Positions 61,511 through 64,000 of a stretch of DNA of 64,000 nt are shown here, piece after piece. The stretch comes from Oikopleura dioica (taxonomy: Eukaryota > Animalia > Chordata), in NCBI GenBank assembly GCA_907165135.1, contig OU015567.1, positions 13,454,001 through 13,518,000 of the forward strand, written 5' to 3'. Every line of letters begins with the position of its first letter. Within the stretch, counting starts at the first letter, position 1. Both the position numbers and the translations under genes were made by a program. A model generated the notes under the pieces. The model did not search any database, was not told the DNA's origin, and saw only the letters and a list, made by a program, of their open reading frames with translations.

Positions 61511-63055
61511 TTAGTTTTTGTTTTCAACAAGGGGCTGTCGGTTTTCAGCTTCGTTGTCCAACTTCATCTTTTTAACGCCAGTGGACCCGAAGCCAGCTTC
61601 GCCGCGGACGGTCTCTTCAAGCTTTTCGCTAGACTCGACGAGAACTGGCATCCAGATGCGTTCCAGAATGAATTGAGCGATTCGGTCGCCTTTTTCGACC
61701 TATCCGTAGGGGAAATCACTAATAATTAAGCTTTTTTTTTCTGGCTTAGAAGGGTGAGGTTATAATACAGATTTAGAATCCCCAGAAGCTGGGGATCATT
61801 TTGACTATTGATAGTGGGGGGTCAACTCGTACCCTGAGGGCATTTAGGCACCTCTGAAGTCCCAAAATCCGGCCAACTTCGGAAATTGGAATTTTTGAAC
61901 GCCCAGACCGCCCCTTTAGAGCCAGCGACTGTACTAGAATTGTAGCCCAGGCTCTGACGGTCATTTTGAGATATAGAAAAGTACTGAGACCCGGGGGTTC
62001 CTGAGGAGCTAGAGGCTCTTGAAGTTCGGGAACTCGACAAAAATTGAGTACTTTTTCACAAAAAGTACACCATTTGTGTCACAAATGCCTCCAAAAGACT
62101 CTTTATTTATGTTTCTTCATTAAAAAATGTTAAAGGAATCACTTGGGGTCATCCGAGGTCAGATCGGGTCACTCATGACAGTTTTCCAAATTTTTCATAA
62201 TTTCTGACCTAGAGTGACCTCGGATGACCCCAAATGATTCCTTTAACATTTTTTAATGAAGAAACATAGATAAAGAGTCTTTTGGAGGCATTTGTGACAC
62301 AAATGGTGTACTTTTTGTGAAAAAGTACTCAATTTTTGTCGAGTTCCCGAACTTCAAGAGCCTCTAGCTCCTCAGGAACCCCCGGGTCTCAGTACTTTTC
62401 TATATCTCAAAATGACCGTCAGAGCCTGGGCTACAATTCTAGTACAGTCGCTGGCTCTAAAGGGGCGGTCTGGGCGTTCAAAAATTCCAATTTCCGAAGT
62501 TGGCCGGATTTTGGGACTTCAGAGGTGCCTAAATGCCCTCAGGGTACGAGTTGACCCCCCACTATCAATAGTCAAAATGATCCCCAGCTTCTGGGGATTC
62601 TAAATCTGTATTATAACCTCACCCTTCTAAGCCAGAAAAAAAGCTTAATTATTAGTGATTTCCCCTACCTATCCGACGGTAAAAGAAGCTGCTCGGGTTA
62701 GTGAAATTTACCTTGAATTCCTCTTCGCCAAAGTTGAAGAGAATGACGCCAACGTTTCCTCGATAGTCCTGGTCAACGACACCTGCGCCTACATCAATGC
62801 CTTTCTTGTAAGCAAGGCCCGATCGTGGGGCGATTCGGCCGTAGCAACCATCGGGAAGCGCAACCTTAAAATTGTTACAAATTTGAAGAAAAATCCAATT
62901 CGTACCTGAATATCGGTCTTGATCAGAGCTCGACCCTTGGCAGGAACAATCTTCTCCTCGGCAGAGTAGAGATCCAGTCCAGCGGCGTAATCAGATCCCC
63001 GAGAAGGAGTAGTGGCGTTTTCGGAGAGCTTGTGGAATTTCATTTCAATCGACAT
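61511..63055 (-). CDS. DUT: dUTP diphosphatase (3 exons)
   Basis: [52 protein letters not shown] (motifs 1-5). Confidence 0.96.
61707..62667. mobile_element. Palindromic hAT-type MITE, 961 bp, at the dUTPase intron-2 acceptor
   Basis: ~455-bp near-perfect inverted arms starting TAGGGGAAATCAC; 8-bp TSD CCTATCCG (61699-706, 62668-675). Confidence 0.95.
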
Positions 63056-63271
63056 TTTTTCTGACTCTGAAACGTTTTTATCACGAGAGGGATTTAACTA
63101 GAAACAAGGTAGATTCGTGTGTTTCAGATGGATAATAATAAGTTTGTTGAAGGCAAACAGTGGTATTGAATAGTCAAGTAAAATAAAAATATAATCTAAG
63201 ATGTGCGTTGGAATAAAATTTGTGATATAGGTTCACTCAAACAGATTGACATATTTTGGTTGTTCGTTTCG

Positions 63272-63751
63272 CTACTGTACGAGGACACCTTGCTGTTTAG
63301 CGGCGGCTTGAGCGGCGCCTGGTGGAGCTTGGCCCTTGATCATGATGTTGTGCTTTTCTCGGTAAGCGGTGATTTCTAAAGAGAGTTAGAGCCAGAAAGT
63401 TGAGAAATAATTACCTTTGGCTTTGAGATTCATCTGCTGTTCCAAAGAAGTCATGACATTTGCCAAGCCAGTGACTTGATTTTCCAGCGCAGGAAGAACG
63501 TCGCCAACATTACGCTCTGTTAAAACGCCGCCTGAGAAAATGTATAAATGTCATGTCAAAGAAATAATATACGAACCAACAAGTCGCCAGCACTTTCTAT
63601 CGGCGGAAACGTTCTTCAATGTCTCGGCAACAATTTCGTGCTCGCCCTTTTCCATTCGAATCTCCGCAAGCTTGGTCTGGAGTTGTCTTTGTTGATTGCA
63701 AAGCAACTGAAAGTGCTGGATGAGTTCTTCTTTGCTTGGCTGGCCGCTCAT
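63272..63751 (-). CDS. PFDN2: Prefoldin subunit 2 (3 exons)
   Basis: EHEIVAETLKNVSADRKCWRLVG|GVLTERNVGDVLPALE matches prefoldin beta subunit 2. Confidence 0.9.
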
Positions 63752-64000
63752 TCTGTAACGATTCTCTCTATGAATGACTGAGAATGGAGATGAAAATAAG
63801 TTGGTCTAGCGAGTCTAGAGAATTTCAAAAGGAAAAGGTGGAATTTTTGGAGAATCTTGGAGTCATTTTTATTCATTAAATAAAAAGCCTTTTTAAAAGC
63901 CCATAAATATAAAAGCAACTCGGTAGGTGAAGAAATAATGATGACAGAGAAATAATTTTAAAGAAAAAAGCTTCATAAGCGAGTTCTAATGTTTTGTTGA

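Noticed and set aside
61773-62603. Two pairs of identical ORFs on opposite strands ([11 protein letters not shown]…, [10 protein letters not shown]…)
   Set aside because: Mirror images produced by the palindromic MITE. No coding hallmarks.

Overview
Compact, AT-rich eukaryotic DNA, very likely the larvacean tunicate Oikopleura dioica. Evidence: 40-60 nt introns, GA-AG/GG-AG introns, same-strand genes packed 36-260 nt apart, and two copies of the 40-nt spliced-leader (SL) exon ACTCATCCCATTTTTGAGTCCGATTTCGATTGTCTAACAG, which I recognise from memory as the O. dioica SL. About 25 spliced genes are present: SSRP1, RPS12, a ZNF318-like gene, an NHL-repeat gene, GBA1, LRRC49, laminin gamma, TRAPPC12, UBA3, PUS10, GDH, two MsrB-like genes, threonine aldolase, a WSCD-like sulfotransferase, a small HSP, dUTPase, prefoldin 2 and several orphans. 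Most sit in probable SL-trans-spliced operons. The main signal is a set of non-autonomous DNA transposons (MITEs) with intact TIRs and target-site duplications that interrupt the coding sequence of conserved genes and appear to act as introns. In GDH and dUTPase the 8-bp TSD ends in AGG, so TSD plus TIR form an exact GC/GT...AG intron. In dUTPase this creates an AG|GT recursive-splice (ratchet) point. Also notable are an AT-AC intron without U12 consensus in threonine aldolase and a 2.2-kb palindrome carrying 5S-SL / SL-5S genes. All exon structures were inferred by hand from reading frame and remembered homology; none are transcript-validated.
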